In this document: positions 1-8,712 of the stretch, in pieces
How positions within the stretch are numbered: the stretch's first letter is position 1
Layout of the letters: each line of letters starts with the position of its first letter
Made by a program: the position numbers and the translations under genes
The notes under the pieces: model-generated
What the model saw: only the letters and a program-made list of their open reading frames with translations
What the model was told of the DNA's origin: nothing
The model's database searches: none
Assembly: GCA_963824045.1 (NCBI GenBank)
Contig: CAWGNW010000012.1
Location: forward strand, 1,415 to 65,414
Reading direction: 5' to 3'
Source of the DNA: an uncultured Gammaproteobacteria bacterium
GTDB taxonomy: Bacteria > Pseudomonadota > Gammaproteobacteria > UBA9214
DNA: 64,000 bases

Positions 1-632
1 ACCCCGTCCTCCATCGCCAGAAAACGCTTTTCACCGCGCTCATTCACACCGATCACCACCAGGGCACACAACTTCGCCTGCTCCACCCGTAGCCCGCTGT
101 AGACACCGTCTGCCCACACATAAACCCAACGATCCTTATCCAGCCGCTCCTCGCACCAACTCCGGTACTCCTGGGCCCAGACCTGCTTCAGGCGCGATAC
201 CGTGCTCGCCGACAGACCCTGCGCCTGCGGGCCCACCAGAACCGCCAGCGCCTCACCCATCTCGCCACTGGAGATCCCCTTCAAATACAGCCAGGGCAGC
301 GCCGCCTCCAGCGCCTTCGTCTTCCTCACATACGGTGGCACCAGCGCCGAGCGAAAGGTCACCGGCTCACCCGTCTTCGCACGGACCTTCGGAATCCTGA
401 CCGTCACCGGACCCAAACCCGTCTGCAGCTCGCGTTCCGGCAGATAGCCATTGCGCACCACAGCCGCCTGGCCACCCTCCAGCTGGCGCCCGGAATGCTC
501 GGCCAAGAGCTCTTGCAACTCCGCCTCTACGGCTTGGTAAATCAACTGCTCGGCACCGGCTCTCAGCAGCTCCGTCAACGGATCCGATCGACCCTCTCGA
601 CCTTGAAACTCAATAACGTTACTCTTGCCCAT
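1..632 (-). CDS. IS256-family (mutator-type) transposase, N-terminal part
   Basis: Manual translation MGKSNVIEFQ..DPLTELLRAGAEQLI..VRNGYLPERELQTGLGPVTVRIPKVR..WLYLKGISSGEM..YVWADG..LVVIGVNERGEKRFL, typical IS256 motifs. Runs off the window, so absent from the ORF track. Confidence 0.9.
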   Translation of the reverse strand, partial: MGKSNVIEFQGREGRSDPLTELLRAGAEQLIYQAVEAELQELLAEHSGRQLEGGQAAVVRNGYLPERELQTGLGPVTVRIPKVRAKTGEPVTFRSALVPPYVRKTKALEAALPWLYLKGISSGEMGEALAVLVGPQAQGLSASTVSRLKQVWAQEYRSWCEERLDKDRWVYVWADGVYSGLRVEQAKLCALVVIGVNERGEKRFLAMEDG

Positions 633-734
633 AGTGGCGTATCTCCTCAGGTTGTTTGTTTGTCTCGCAACAACAAATCAACCAGATACGCCGCTTCTCT
701 TCAACTCCTTAAACACCAGATCCGGTTATAACTC
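1..734 (-). mobile_element. IS256-family insertion sequence, left part (truncated by window edge)
   Basis: Minus-strand transposase ORF preceded by a putative end GAGTTATAACCGGATCTGGTGTTT at 734; intron-like sequence stops abruptly at 735. Confidence 0.8.
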
Positions 735-1322
735 GGTTTTCCCTGCCTCAGACTACTACGGGAACTCCGCCAGCCTATCGATCATCGGGGCCACATTCCC
801 TTAACATCTCGATAGACCTTCCCCAGTCCACATGCCGGACTCAAACGTATTGGTGAGGTTGCCGATCGCAGTCTTTACCCTTGCTTGCCGCAAGTCGATA
901 CAGACGCCACGGTCTGACTATGTTCTCCCCGTGGCACCCTGCCTGCTGACCTACATATACCGCAGACATTTGAGAACGAAACCATATCTGTGTTTCGTTT
1001 CCGTCTGTATCCCACCTGTTAAGTCGTGTAGGTGGTGGTGACATTTCAACCCATAGACACGGTTTAATCGGTTCGTGTTCCTCAACCTTCCAATACTCAG
1101 CCTGGAGACGCATCTTGGCGTAACGACTTCGCCTCACGCCCCGTTTCCCACGGGCTCCGTCACCCTGCCAATGTACGACAGGTCACCGCCGCTTCGGCTC
1201 GCGCTTTCTCATAGCAGAAAGCGGGCATCTGATTGATTCCATCCTTGTACAATTTCGATGCATTCCAAACATGCTCAAGCTTCGACAGCATCATCAATGA
1301 CACCTTCGAAGGATGGGCGCAC
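735..1322 (-). mobile_element. Group II intron, 5' part (domains I-III), interrupted by IS256
   Basis: Starts GTGCGCCC exactly where IS3 orfB breaks. Domain-III-like GGCGGAGTTCCCGTAGTAGTCTGAGGCAGGGAAAACC at the other end. EBS1-like loop (949-955) is complementary to the 5' exon. Confidence 0.85.
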
Positions 1323-1692
1323 TGTAGGTGATATCAGTCGCCCAGACCTGGTTTGGTCTGTCTATGTTCAAGCCTTTCAGCAGGTACGGGTAGATCCTGT
1401 GCCCCTTGCCCGGCCGACTGGTGTTGGCCTTCGGATAGAGGGCGGTAATCCCCATCAGCTGCATCAGGCGCTGCACCTTCTTGCGATTGACCGGGTGCCC
1501 CAGATCCTGCAGATTATCCCGAATCCGGCGGCTGCCGTAGAACGGGCGCTTGAGATGGATCTCGTCGATCAGCCGCATCAGTCTCAAATCCTCATCAGAG
1601 ACACCGATCGGTTGGTAATACACCGAGGAGCGATTGAGACCCAGCAACTGACACTGGCGGGTCACCGGCAATGAATGCGTCCGATCAATCAT
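1323..1692 (-). pseudogene. IS3 transposase OrfB, 5' exon ending at WATDITY
   Basis: HTH_21-like FYGSRRI..VNRKKVQRLM and rve start PNQVWATDITY; homology ends at the intron junction. Confidence 0.85.
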
Positions 1693-1994
1693 TTTTTGCC
1701 GCTCGGGCCGTGAATCCTTTCCAGCCCTTGTTCTAAAAAATCCCGTTCCATCGTCAGCTGACCGATCTTGGCATGCAACTCCTTGACCTTGTGTTCCGAC
1801 TCGGCCGGTGAACCACCTCCCCGCTCAAATACCTGATCCGCCTGATCCAGCAACTTCCGCCGCCAGTCCTGAATCTGGTTCTGATGCACATCAAACTGCT
1901 CGGATAGCTCCGCCAGCGTCTTGTCGCCCCGAATCGCTGCCAGGGCCACCTTCGCCTTGAAACTCGGCGAATGATTCCTGCGCTTTCTCTTCAT
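1689..1994 (-). CDS. IS3 transposase OrfA (HTH)
   Basis: KRRNHSPSFKAKVALAAIRGDKTLAELSEQFDVH..KELHAKIGQLTMERDFL; T TTT TTA slippery site at 1734-1740 opens into the orfB frame. Confidence 0.9.
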   Translation of the reverse strand: MKRKRRNHSPSFKAKVALAAIRGDKTLAELSEQFDVHQNQIQDWRRKLLDQADQVFERGGGSPAESEHKVKELHAKIGQLTMERDFLEQGLERIHGPSGKK

Positions 1995-2186
1995 CTTCTG
2001 CTCCTGTCTCTATTCCAATTATCTTCGCAGAAGACACTTAAACTTTCCTCTCCCTGTCCGGCTAACGGGGTCCACCTCTCCAGTTCGCGGTACAACCGCT
2101 AATGATTACCTCCAAGGTGGGGCTTTTGAGTGCTGCATCAATGCGGCAAATCATGCCGGTATTAATCAGAAAAGCAGCTCGCCAGA

Positions 2187-2212
2187 CTGTTCAAATTTCT
2201 GGGGCCACTTCT
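2187..2212. repeat. Second IS3-like terminal repeat (solo or remnant)
   Basis: CTGTTCAAATTTCTGGGGCCACTTCT resembles CTGTCCGGCTAACGGGGTCCACCTCT at 2054-2079, in the same orientation. Confidence 0.5.
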
Positions 2213-2374
2213 CGCCATCACGTTAAGAGCTACTCTGCTGAATTGAACTGTACTATTTTCGGAAATAATGGATAATTGCGGCAGTCACATGATTTATGGT
2301 TGTAAATGACATGAACTCGTGGCGAATTATGCTGATCAACTGGCTAATTCCTCTGATTGTGTTAGGAACTGATC

Positions 2375-2830
2375 ATGCCCAATATCTTGGTGCTTAATGG
2401 TCCCAACCTGAATCTGCTGGGTACCCGCGAGCCCGAGCACTATGGCGCAACAACACTTGAAGAAATCCTTGACGATCTGGAGCAACAGGCCAATTCACAA
2501 GGCATCAAACTGGTCAGTTACCAAAGCAATGCCGAACATGAACTGATCGGCAAGGTTCAGGATGCACCAAACCAGGGCATTGATTTTATTGTAATTAACC
2601 CGGCAGCCCTGACCCATACCAGTGTCGGCTTGCGGGATGCCCTGCAGGCGGTCGGTATCCCGTTCATCGAGGTTCACCTGTCGAATATCCATGCCCGCGA
2701 GGCTTTCCGCAGGGAGTCGTTTTTCTCGGATATCGCCGTGGGTGTGATTTCGGGGTTGGGGCCGATTGGTTATGAACTGGCGTTGCGGGCGGCGGTGAAT
2801 TATCTGGAAAAAGTAAAAAGTAAGAAGTGA
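2375..2830 (+). CDS. aroQ: Type II 3-dehydroquinate dehydratase
   Basis: [29 protein letters not shown] motifs; aroQ-accB-accC synteny. Confidence 0.97.
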   Translation: MPNILVLNGPNLNLLGTREPEHYGATTLEEILDDLEQQANSQGIKLVSYQSNAEHELIGKVQDAPNQGIDFIVINPAALTHTSVGLRDALQAVGIPFIEVHLSNIHAREAFRRESFFSDIAVGVISGLGPIGYELALRAAVNYLEKVKSKK

Positions 2831-2849
2831 AAAGTAAAAAGTGAAAGTT
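2807..2849. repeat. Degenerate heptamer (GTGAAAA/GTAAAAA) tract, single arm, overlapping the aroQ stop
   Basis: GAAAAAGTAAAAAGTAAGAAGTGAAAAGTAAAAAGTGAAAGTT. Confidence 0.7.
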
Positions 2850-2910
2850 GCCAATCGCGGCGATAAGCCGAGTCTATACAAACAGGCATATCTGACAAAC
2901 AGGGTTTGAT

Positions 2911-3348
2911 ATGGATATTCGCAAAGTCAAAAAACTGATCGAACTGCTGGAAGAGTCGCAAATCGCCGAGATCGAGATTCACGAGGGCGAGGAATCGGTC
3001 CGCATCAGCCGGATGCAGGTCGCGGTGGCTGCGGCCCCTGTCGCCGTTGCGGCACCGGTCCCGGCGCCCGCCGCGGCCGCGGTAACCGCGCCTGCCGAGC
3101 CCGCCGCGCCTGAAGGTCATACCGTGACCTCGCCCATGGTCGGCACCTTTTACGAGGCATCTTCTCCCGGCGCGAAGCCGTTTGTCGAAATCGGACAGCC
3201 GGTGAACGTCGGCGATACCCTGTGCATCATCGAGGCGATGAAGATGCTCAACCAGATCGAGGCGGACAAGGCGGGTACGGTGTCTGCCCGTCTGGTCGAG
3301 AACGGTCAGCCGGTCGAGTTCGGTCAATCCCTGTTCGTGATCAGCTGA
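2911..3348 (+). CDS. accB: Acetyl-CoA carboxylase biotin carboxyl carrier protein
   Basis: [12 protein letters not shown], Ala/Pro linker, EAMKM biotinylation motif. Confidence 0.97.
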   Translation: MDIRKVKKLIELLEESQIAEIEIHEGEESVRISRMQVAVAAAPVAVAAPVPAPAAAAVTAPAEPAAPEGHTVTSPMVGTFYEASSPGAKPFVEIGQPVNVGDTLCIIEAMKMLNQIEADKAGTVSARLVENGQPVEFGQSLFVIS

Positions 3349-4688
3349 TGCTGGACAAGGTTGTGATCGCCAATCGGGGCGAGATCGCCCTGCGTATCCT
3401 GCGTTCCTGCCAGGAACTCGGTATCAGTACGGTGGCCGTCCATTCCACGGCCGACCGGGACCTGAAGCATGTGCTGCTGGCTGACGAGAGCGTCTGCATC
3501 GGGCCGGCCTCATCCGTTGACAGTTATCTGAATATTCCAGCCATAATCAGCGCCGCCGAGGTCACCGACGCCAGCGCCATCCATCCCGGTTACGGTTTTC
3601 TCTCCGAGAATGACGACTTTGCCGAGCAGGTGGAGCGCAGCGGCTTTATCTTCATCGGGCCGCGGCCGGAGACCATCCGCATCATGGGTGACAAGGTGGC
3701 TGCCATCCGCGCCATGAAGGAAGCCGGCGTGCCCTGTGTCCCGGGTTCCGATGGCTCCCTGACGGAAGACGATGAGGAAAATATCAGGCTGGCCAGAAAG
3801 ATCGGTTACCCGATCATCATCAAGGCCGCCGGGGGTGGCGGCGGCCGGGGAATGCGCGTGGTGCATGCCGAGGCAGCCCTGCCCGGGGCTATCTCGCTGA
3901 CCCGGACGGAAGCACAGAACGCCTTTAATAACAGCGTCGTGTACATGGAAAAGTTCCTCGAAAAGCCGCGGCATATCGAGTTTCAGGTGCTGGGCGATGG
4001 TGAGGGCAACGCCATACACCTGGGCGAGCGCGATTGCTCCATGCAGCGGCGCCACCAGAAAGTGGTGGAGGAGGCCCCGGCACCCGGCATCAGCGATGAG
4101 CAGCGAAACGCAATGGGGAAGCGCTGTGCCGAGGCCTGTGCCAAGCTGCACTATCGCGGCGCGGGGACTTTCGAGTTTCTCTATGAGAACGGCGAGTTTT
4201 ATTTCATCGAGATGAATACCCGGGTGCAGGTCGAGCACCCGGTTACCGAGATGATCACCGGTGTGGACATCGTGAAGGAACAGCTGTTTGTTGCCGCCGG
4301 CCTGGGTCTGTCGCACAAGCAGGAGGATATCCGTTGGCGGGGACATGCCATTGAGTGCCGCATCAACGCGGAAGATCCGAAGACCTTCATGCCGTCGCCG
4401 GGCACTATCAAGAGCTACCACGCCCCGGGAGGGCCCGGCATTCGCATGGATACCCATATCTACAACGGCTATTTCGTGCCGCCTTATTATGATTCCATGA
4501 TCGGCAAACTGATTGCCTATGGGGAAACGCGGGAATCGGCCCTGGCCCGCATGCGCGTGGCGCTGAATGAAATCGTCATCGAAGGCATCAAGACCAACGT
4601 GCCGCTGCAACGCGAAATCATCACCGACTGCGCCTTCATGAAAGGCGGCGCGGATATTCACTACCTGGAGAAGAAGCTGGGGCTGTAG
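3348..4688 (+). CDS. accC: Biotin carboxylase
   Basis: [39 protein letters not shown]; start overlaps the accB stop. Confidence 0.97.
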   Translation: MLDKVVIANRGEIALRILRSCQELGISTVAVHSTADRDLKHVLLADESVCIGPASSVDSYLNIPAIISAAEVTDASAIHPGYGFLSENDDFAEQVERSGFIFIGPRPETIRIMGDKVAAIRAMKEAGVPCVPGSDGSLTEDDEENIRLARKIGYPIIIKAAGGGGGRGMRVVHAEAALPGAISLTRTEAQNAFNNSVVYMEKFLEKPRHIEFQVLGDGEGNAIHLGERDCSMQRRHQKVVEEAPAPGISDEQRNAMGKRCAEACAKLHYRGAGTFEFLYENGEFYFIEMNTRVQVEHPVTEMITGVDIVKEQLFVAAGLGLSHKQEDIRWRGHAIECRINAEDPKTFMPSPGTIKSYHAPGGPGIRMDTHIYNGYFVPPYYDSMIGKLIAYGETRESALARMRVALNEIVIEGIKTNVPLQREIITDCAFMKGGADIHYLEKKLGL

Positions 4689-4738
4689 CTAGGTACGGCT
4701 TGATCAGGGTTTCCCCGATAGTGTGATTCTGGCTCTGT

Positions 4739-4809
4739 CCTGCAGGGGCGGTCTCCTGACCGCGTACCGGTTATCAACAATCGCGCCGGAGAGCGGCGCT
4801 CCTACAGGT
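4739..4809. repeat. GTAG-class REP doublet
   Basis: GCAGGGGCGGTCTCCTGACCGCG ... CGCGCCGGAGAGCGGCGCTCCTAC; same arms as at 5941, 8495 and 10298. Confidence 0.75.
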
Positions 4810-5001
4810 GGATTTACACCGAGGGGGTTTCTTTGGAAAGATCTGAATAAATCCCCTACGGTCATTCCGGTGTGTCTCGGTATCCTGAAAAACACCATGG
4901 ACCCCTGTCGCGCCGATGCGTCGATTGTTTCAGAACTTTCCCGGTGATTTCGTCGGGTGACTTGCCATAATGAAATTCTCCAGCTACTGATTGCCTGAAC
5001 C

Positions 5002-5877
5002 ATGCCCTGGCGACAATTTTCACTTGATGTCCGCGGCGACCAGGCGGATATGGTTTCTGCTATTTTCGACGACGCGGGCGCACTGTCCGTCACCATACTC
5101 GATGCTGCCGATGAACCGTTGCTGGAGCCGCTGCCGGGTGAGACCCCGCTGTGGAATAGCACCCGTATCGTTGCCCTGTTCGAAGCGGATGCCGATCCGC
5201 GGTCGCTGCAGGAAATCCTGCAGAACCTGCTTGAAAGCCCACTTCTGCAGCTGCAGGTCGAGCAACTCGATGACCGGGACTGGTCCACGACCTGGCGTGA
5301 CACCTTCGGTGCCATGTGTTTTGGCAAACGCCTCTGGGTGTGTCCGTTCGGGGAGGACCCCGTGCAAGCGGATGCAGTCGTCGTGCACCTGGACCCCGGA
5401 CTGGCCTTCGGAACGGGCACGCACGCAACAACCGCGCTGTGCCTGGAATGGCTCGATGTGCATCCGCCGGCCGGTATGTCCGTCATCGACTACGGCTGTG
5501 GTTCGGGGATTCTGGCCATCGCCGCACACAAGCTCGGAGCCGGTAGCGTCGTCGCGGTGGACATCGATCCCCAGGCGCTGCAGGCAACCCGCGAGAATGC
5601 CCTGCGCAACCAGATTGACGCGCGGCTCTCCGTGGTGCTCCCGCAGGACCTTGAGGCCGCGCCGGTCGATGTCGTTCTCGCCAACATCCTGGCAAATCCG
5701 CTGATCGAACATGCCGCATCGCTTGCCGGACTGGTGAGGCAGGGCGGTCATATCGTGCTGACCGGCATCCTGGCGGAGCAGGCCGGTGAGGTGATGGCGG
5801 CGTATCGCCGCTGGTTCGATTTCAGCGCCCCCGTACAGCGCGAGGAGTGGACCCTGCTGGCGGGGACGAGGCGGTAG
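5002..5877 (+). CDS. prmA: Ribosomal protein L11 methyltransferase
   Basis: LDPGLAFGTGTHATT, IDYGCGSGILAI, ANILANPL. Confidence 0.96.
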   Translation: MPWRQFSLDVRGDQADMVSAIFDDAGALSVTILDAADEPLLEPLPGETPLWNSTRIVALFEADADPRSLQEILQNLLESPLLQLQVEQLDDRDWSTTWRDTFGAMCFGKRLWVCPFGEDPVQADAVVVHLDPGLAFGTGTHATTALCLEWLDVHPPAGMSVIDYGCGSGILAIAAHKLGAGSVVAVDIDPQALQATRENALRNQIDARLSVVLPQDLEAAPVDVVLANILANPLIEHAASLAGLVRQGGHIVLTGILAEQAGEVMAAYRRWFDFSAPVQREEWTLLAGTRR

Positions 5878-5940
5878 TGTTTTTTCGATGCAAATAATCC
5901 ACCTGCAGGCGCCTTCTTCTGCGCAATTTTTTAAATGTAG

Positions 5941-6050
5941 CATCGCGGTCAGGCGACCGCTCCTACCCCACTCGTGCCACCGGTAGGAGCGTCGCCCTCC
6001 GGCGCGATTACCTGGTAACGCATCGCGGTCAGGAGACCGCTCCTGCAGGG
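5941..6050. repeat. GTAG-class REP cluster (three arms)
   Basis: ATCGCGGTCAGGCGACCGCTCCTAC, GTAGGAGCGTCGCCCTCCGGCGCGAT, ATCGCGGTCAGGAGACCGCTCCTGC. Confidence 0.8.
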
Positions 6051-6116
6051 GGCGCCAGAACCGAGCTGACAAATCGGTATTCGAAACGCGGCATGATTGG
6101 GGTTAGAATCACCGGC

Positions 6117-6875
6117 ATGTATACCTACTGTCCGGGATGTGCGGCCATTTTCAGGATCACTGCCGAGACCGTCAGCGCGGCGGGCGGGCGGGTGCACTGT
6201 GGCGAATGTGACCGGGTTTTCAATGCCGTTGATTGTCTCTATGACGATGCGGTCACGGCACGACATGCCGCATTGATGCATACCGGGCAGGGATTGCCCC
6301 CAGCTAACGCGCCGCCGCCTTATATGGAGGAAATCGTGCATATTGCAGCACCAAACCCGCTGCACCGGTCCTTGCCAGATGCCGGCTGGACCGGGAAATC
6401 CGTTACCACGAAAGATATGGCCAGTGGCCTGATGGTCGGGTTGTTGCTGTTGCTGCTGGGGTTGCAGTGGGTTTATTTCAGTCGCGATACACTTGCCGGA
6501 GATGCCCGTCTCCGACCTGCCCTGGAGCGTTTTTGCAGCTTGCTGCAATGCCGATTGCCGCTGCGCGTTGATCTGGCTCAACTGGAGATTATAGACCGCG
6601 ATGTTCGCAAGCATCCGACGGCGGACGCAGCGCTGTTGATCAACGCAAGCATCGCCAATCGTGCCGCATTCAACCAGCCTTACCCGCTTTTCGAGATCAG
6701 TTTTTCCGATGCCGCCGGCAAGCCGGTCGCGATGCGCCGATTCCTGCCCGGGGAATACCTGGGCAAAGGCAGCGATACCACTGCCGGAATGGCGCCGGAT
6801 GTGCCGGTAAATATTGTCCTGGAAGTCCAGGATCCTGGCGAGGAAGCCGTCTCCTTCCAGTTCGGTTTTCTTTAA
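6117..6875 (+). CDS. Zinc-ribbon / DUF3426-type membrane protein
   Basis: CPGC..GRVHCGEC N-terminus, one TM helix; usual position between prmA and dusB. Confidence 0.85.
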   Translation: MYTYCPGCAAIFRITAETVSAAGGRVHCGECDRVFNAVDCLYDDAVTARHAALMHTGQGLPPANAPPPYMEEIVHIAAPNPLHRSLPDAGWTGKSVTTKDMASGLMVGLLLLLLGLQWVYFSRDTLAGDARLRPALERFCSLLQCRLPLRVDLAQLEIIDRDVRKHPTADAALLINASIANRAAFNQPYPLFEISFSDAAGKPVAMRRFLPGEYLGKGSDTTAGMAPDVPVNIVLEVQDPGEEAVSFQFGFL

Positions 6876-6984
6876 TTTCCGGGACTTGGCGGGGCTCCGC
6901 CAGCACGCTTTATCCGGCTGGCGTATAGGGGTATCATCTCCCGTCCTCAACCCTGCGGAAACCGATAGAGCTGCTGTCAGTTCG

Positions 6985-7971
6985 GTGAAAATAGGTCCCT
7001 ACAAACTTCATAACAACCTGATACTGGCACCGATGGCCGGGGTGACTGATCGCCCGTTCCGGCAGTTGTGCCGTACCCAGGGTGCCGGCCTTGCGGTATC
7101 CGAAATGGTGTCTTCGAATGCGCTGCTCTGGGGCAGCCACAAGACCCGCCGTCGCATCGATCATGCCGGGGAGGTTGCACCAGTCTCGGTGCAGATAGCC
7201 GGTGCCGACCCTGCGCAAATGGCGGCTGCAGCTCGCTTCAATGTCGAGCATGGCGCGCAGATTATTGATATCAATATGGGTTGCCCGGCAAAAAAGGTCT
7301 GCAATGTCATGGCGGGATCCGCGCTGCTGCGTGATGAGTCCCTGGTTGGCCGCATACTCGAGGCCGTGGTCAACGCGGTGGATGTGCCGGTGACGCTGAA
7401 GATTCGTACCGGCTGGGATCGCGAAAACAGGAATGGCCTTGCCATAGCAGCGATTGCCGAACAGGCCGGTATAAAGGCACTGACGGTACACGGGCGTACC
7501 CGCACCTGCGCGTTTCGCGGCGACGCCGAACATGCTACGACCCGGGCCATCAAGGACGCGGTCAACATCCCGGTGATCGCCAATGGCGATATCGATTCAG
7601 CCGAGGCAGCAGAGGCCGTGTTGCAGTACACCGCTGCCGACGCGGTGATGATTGGCCGTGCCGCCCAGGGGCGTCCCTGGCTGTTCCGCGACATTGCTCA
7701 CTACCTGGCGACCGGCAGGCACCTGCCTGAGCCCGGGCCGCAGGAAATCTGCCAAATCCTGAGCGGGCACCTGGACAACCTGTACCACTTCTACGGCGAA
7801 TATACCGGCGTGCGTGTGGCGCGCAAGCACATCGCCTGGTACAGCAAGGGACAGCGGGATGGCAACGCCTTCCGCCAGCAGATCTACCGTTTCGAATCGT
7901 CTGCCACGCAGCTGCGGTGTGTGCGGGAATATTTCGAGCGGCTCGTAGAGCAACAGGGGCTGGCGGCATGA
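6985..7971 (+). CDS. dusB: tRNA dihydrouridine synthase B
   Basis: LAPMAGVTDRPFR, IDINMGCPAKKV, VHGRTR; upstream of fis. Confidence 0.96.
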   Translation: MKIGPYKLHNNLILAPMAGVTDRPFRQLCRTQGAGLAVSEMVSSNALLWGSHKTRRRIDHAGEVAPVSVQIAGADPAQMAAAARFNVEHGAQIIDINMGCPAKKVCNVMAGSALLRDESLVGRILEAVVNAVDVPVTLKIRTGWDRENRNGLAIAAIAEQAGIKALTVHGRTRTCAFRGDAEHATTRAIKDAVNIPVIANGDIDSAEAAEAVLQYTAADAVMIGRAAQGRPWLFRDIAHYLATGRHLPEPGPQEICQILSGHLDNLYHFYGEYTGVRVARKHIAWYSKGQRDGNAFRQQIYRFESSATQLRCVREYFERLVEQQGLAA

Positions 7972-8231
7972 ACGTGCCGACGCAGCGGGAGCGTCGCAAG
8001 CAGCCGATCCGGCGCAGCGTCACCTCGGCACTGGAACTCTACCTGGGTGACATGAACGGGCATGAAGTCAACGACCTCTACCATGTGGTTCTCAGCGAGG
8101 TGGAGCCGGCGATACTCAATGTTGTCATGGATTACGTTGATGGCAACCAGAGCCAGGCTGCCGAAGTTCTCGGGATCAGCCGCAGCACCTTGCGCAAGAA
8201 GCTCAAGCTGTACGGGCTGGATGCCAATTGA
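7968..8231 (+). CDS. fis: Fis DNA-binding protein
   Basis: LYHVVLSEVE..GNQSQAAEVLGISRSTLRKKLK; dusB-fis operon. Confidence 0.93.
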   Translation: MNVPTQRERRKQPIRRSVTSALELYLGDMNGHEVNDLYHVVLSEVEPAILNVVMDYVDGNQSQAAEVLGISRSTLRKKLKLYGLDAN

Positions 8232-8298
8232 CTGCAGTCAACGGTCTTTCCCCGATTGTTGCATACGTTCAGGGAGCCTCCGATTACTTCATGTGTTA

Positions 8299-8384
8299 CG
8301 TCATTGCGTGAGTCGCGAAGCAATCTGTAACGATCGATTCACTGGTCAGGAGATTGCTTCGTTACGGTGCGCCTCGCAATGACG
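8299..8384. repeat. CGTC-class palindromic element
   Basis: CGTCATTGCG..GAAGCAATCT / AGATTGCTTC..CGCAATGACG inverted arms. Confidence 0.75.
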
Positions 8385-8494
8385 AGTCAGTCATGGGCAC
8401 CGCAGGACTGAATTCCGCCCGGCAGGTGATTGGCAGGCTGTATGCATCCTGATGTGTTGACTGGTATTAACCGATAGTGAGGTCCTGGCCCCGT

Positions 8495-8587
8495 CCTGCA
8501 GGAGTACCCCAGTGGGCATAAACGCCGTCCTCCGGCGCGACCGCGGCCAGCCCCCAAAACGGGCATAAAGAGGCCGTTCCTGCAGGA
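8495..8587. repeat. GTAG-class REP doublet with a short insert in each arm
   Basis: Arms match the 10298 REP, but each is split by CCCC-n-GGGCATAAA. Confidence 0.65.
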
Positions 8588-8712
8588 GAATGGCGGCAAT
8601 GCGCGGGCTCACACAGTCTGTACAGCCTGTGGTATGCGGGTGACTGTTTGAGCAGGAAATGTTTTGGTTTCATTACCCCGTATCAATGACGGGCAGACAG
8701 GACAACAACATC

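Larger units (their letters stand above)
1323..2079 (-). mobile_element. IS3-family insertion sequence, 5' part, interrupted by the group II intron
   Basis: orfA/orfB pair; terminal-repeat-like AGAGGTGGACCCCGTTAGCCGGACAG at 2054-2079. Confidence 0.85.

Noticed and set aside
1012-1035. Internal copy of the IBS1 sequence (CACCTACA) within the intron as an EBS1 decoy
   Set aside because: It is explained by a local CCACCT/AGGTGG stem, and an 8-nt match may be chance.
832-1137. Short ORFs at 832-1041 and 841-1137
   Set aside because: They lie inside the structured intron RNA and show no protein motifs.
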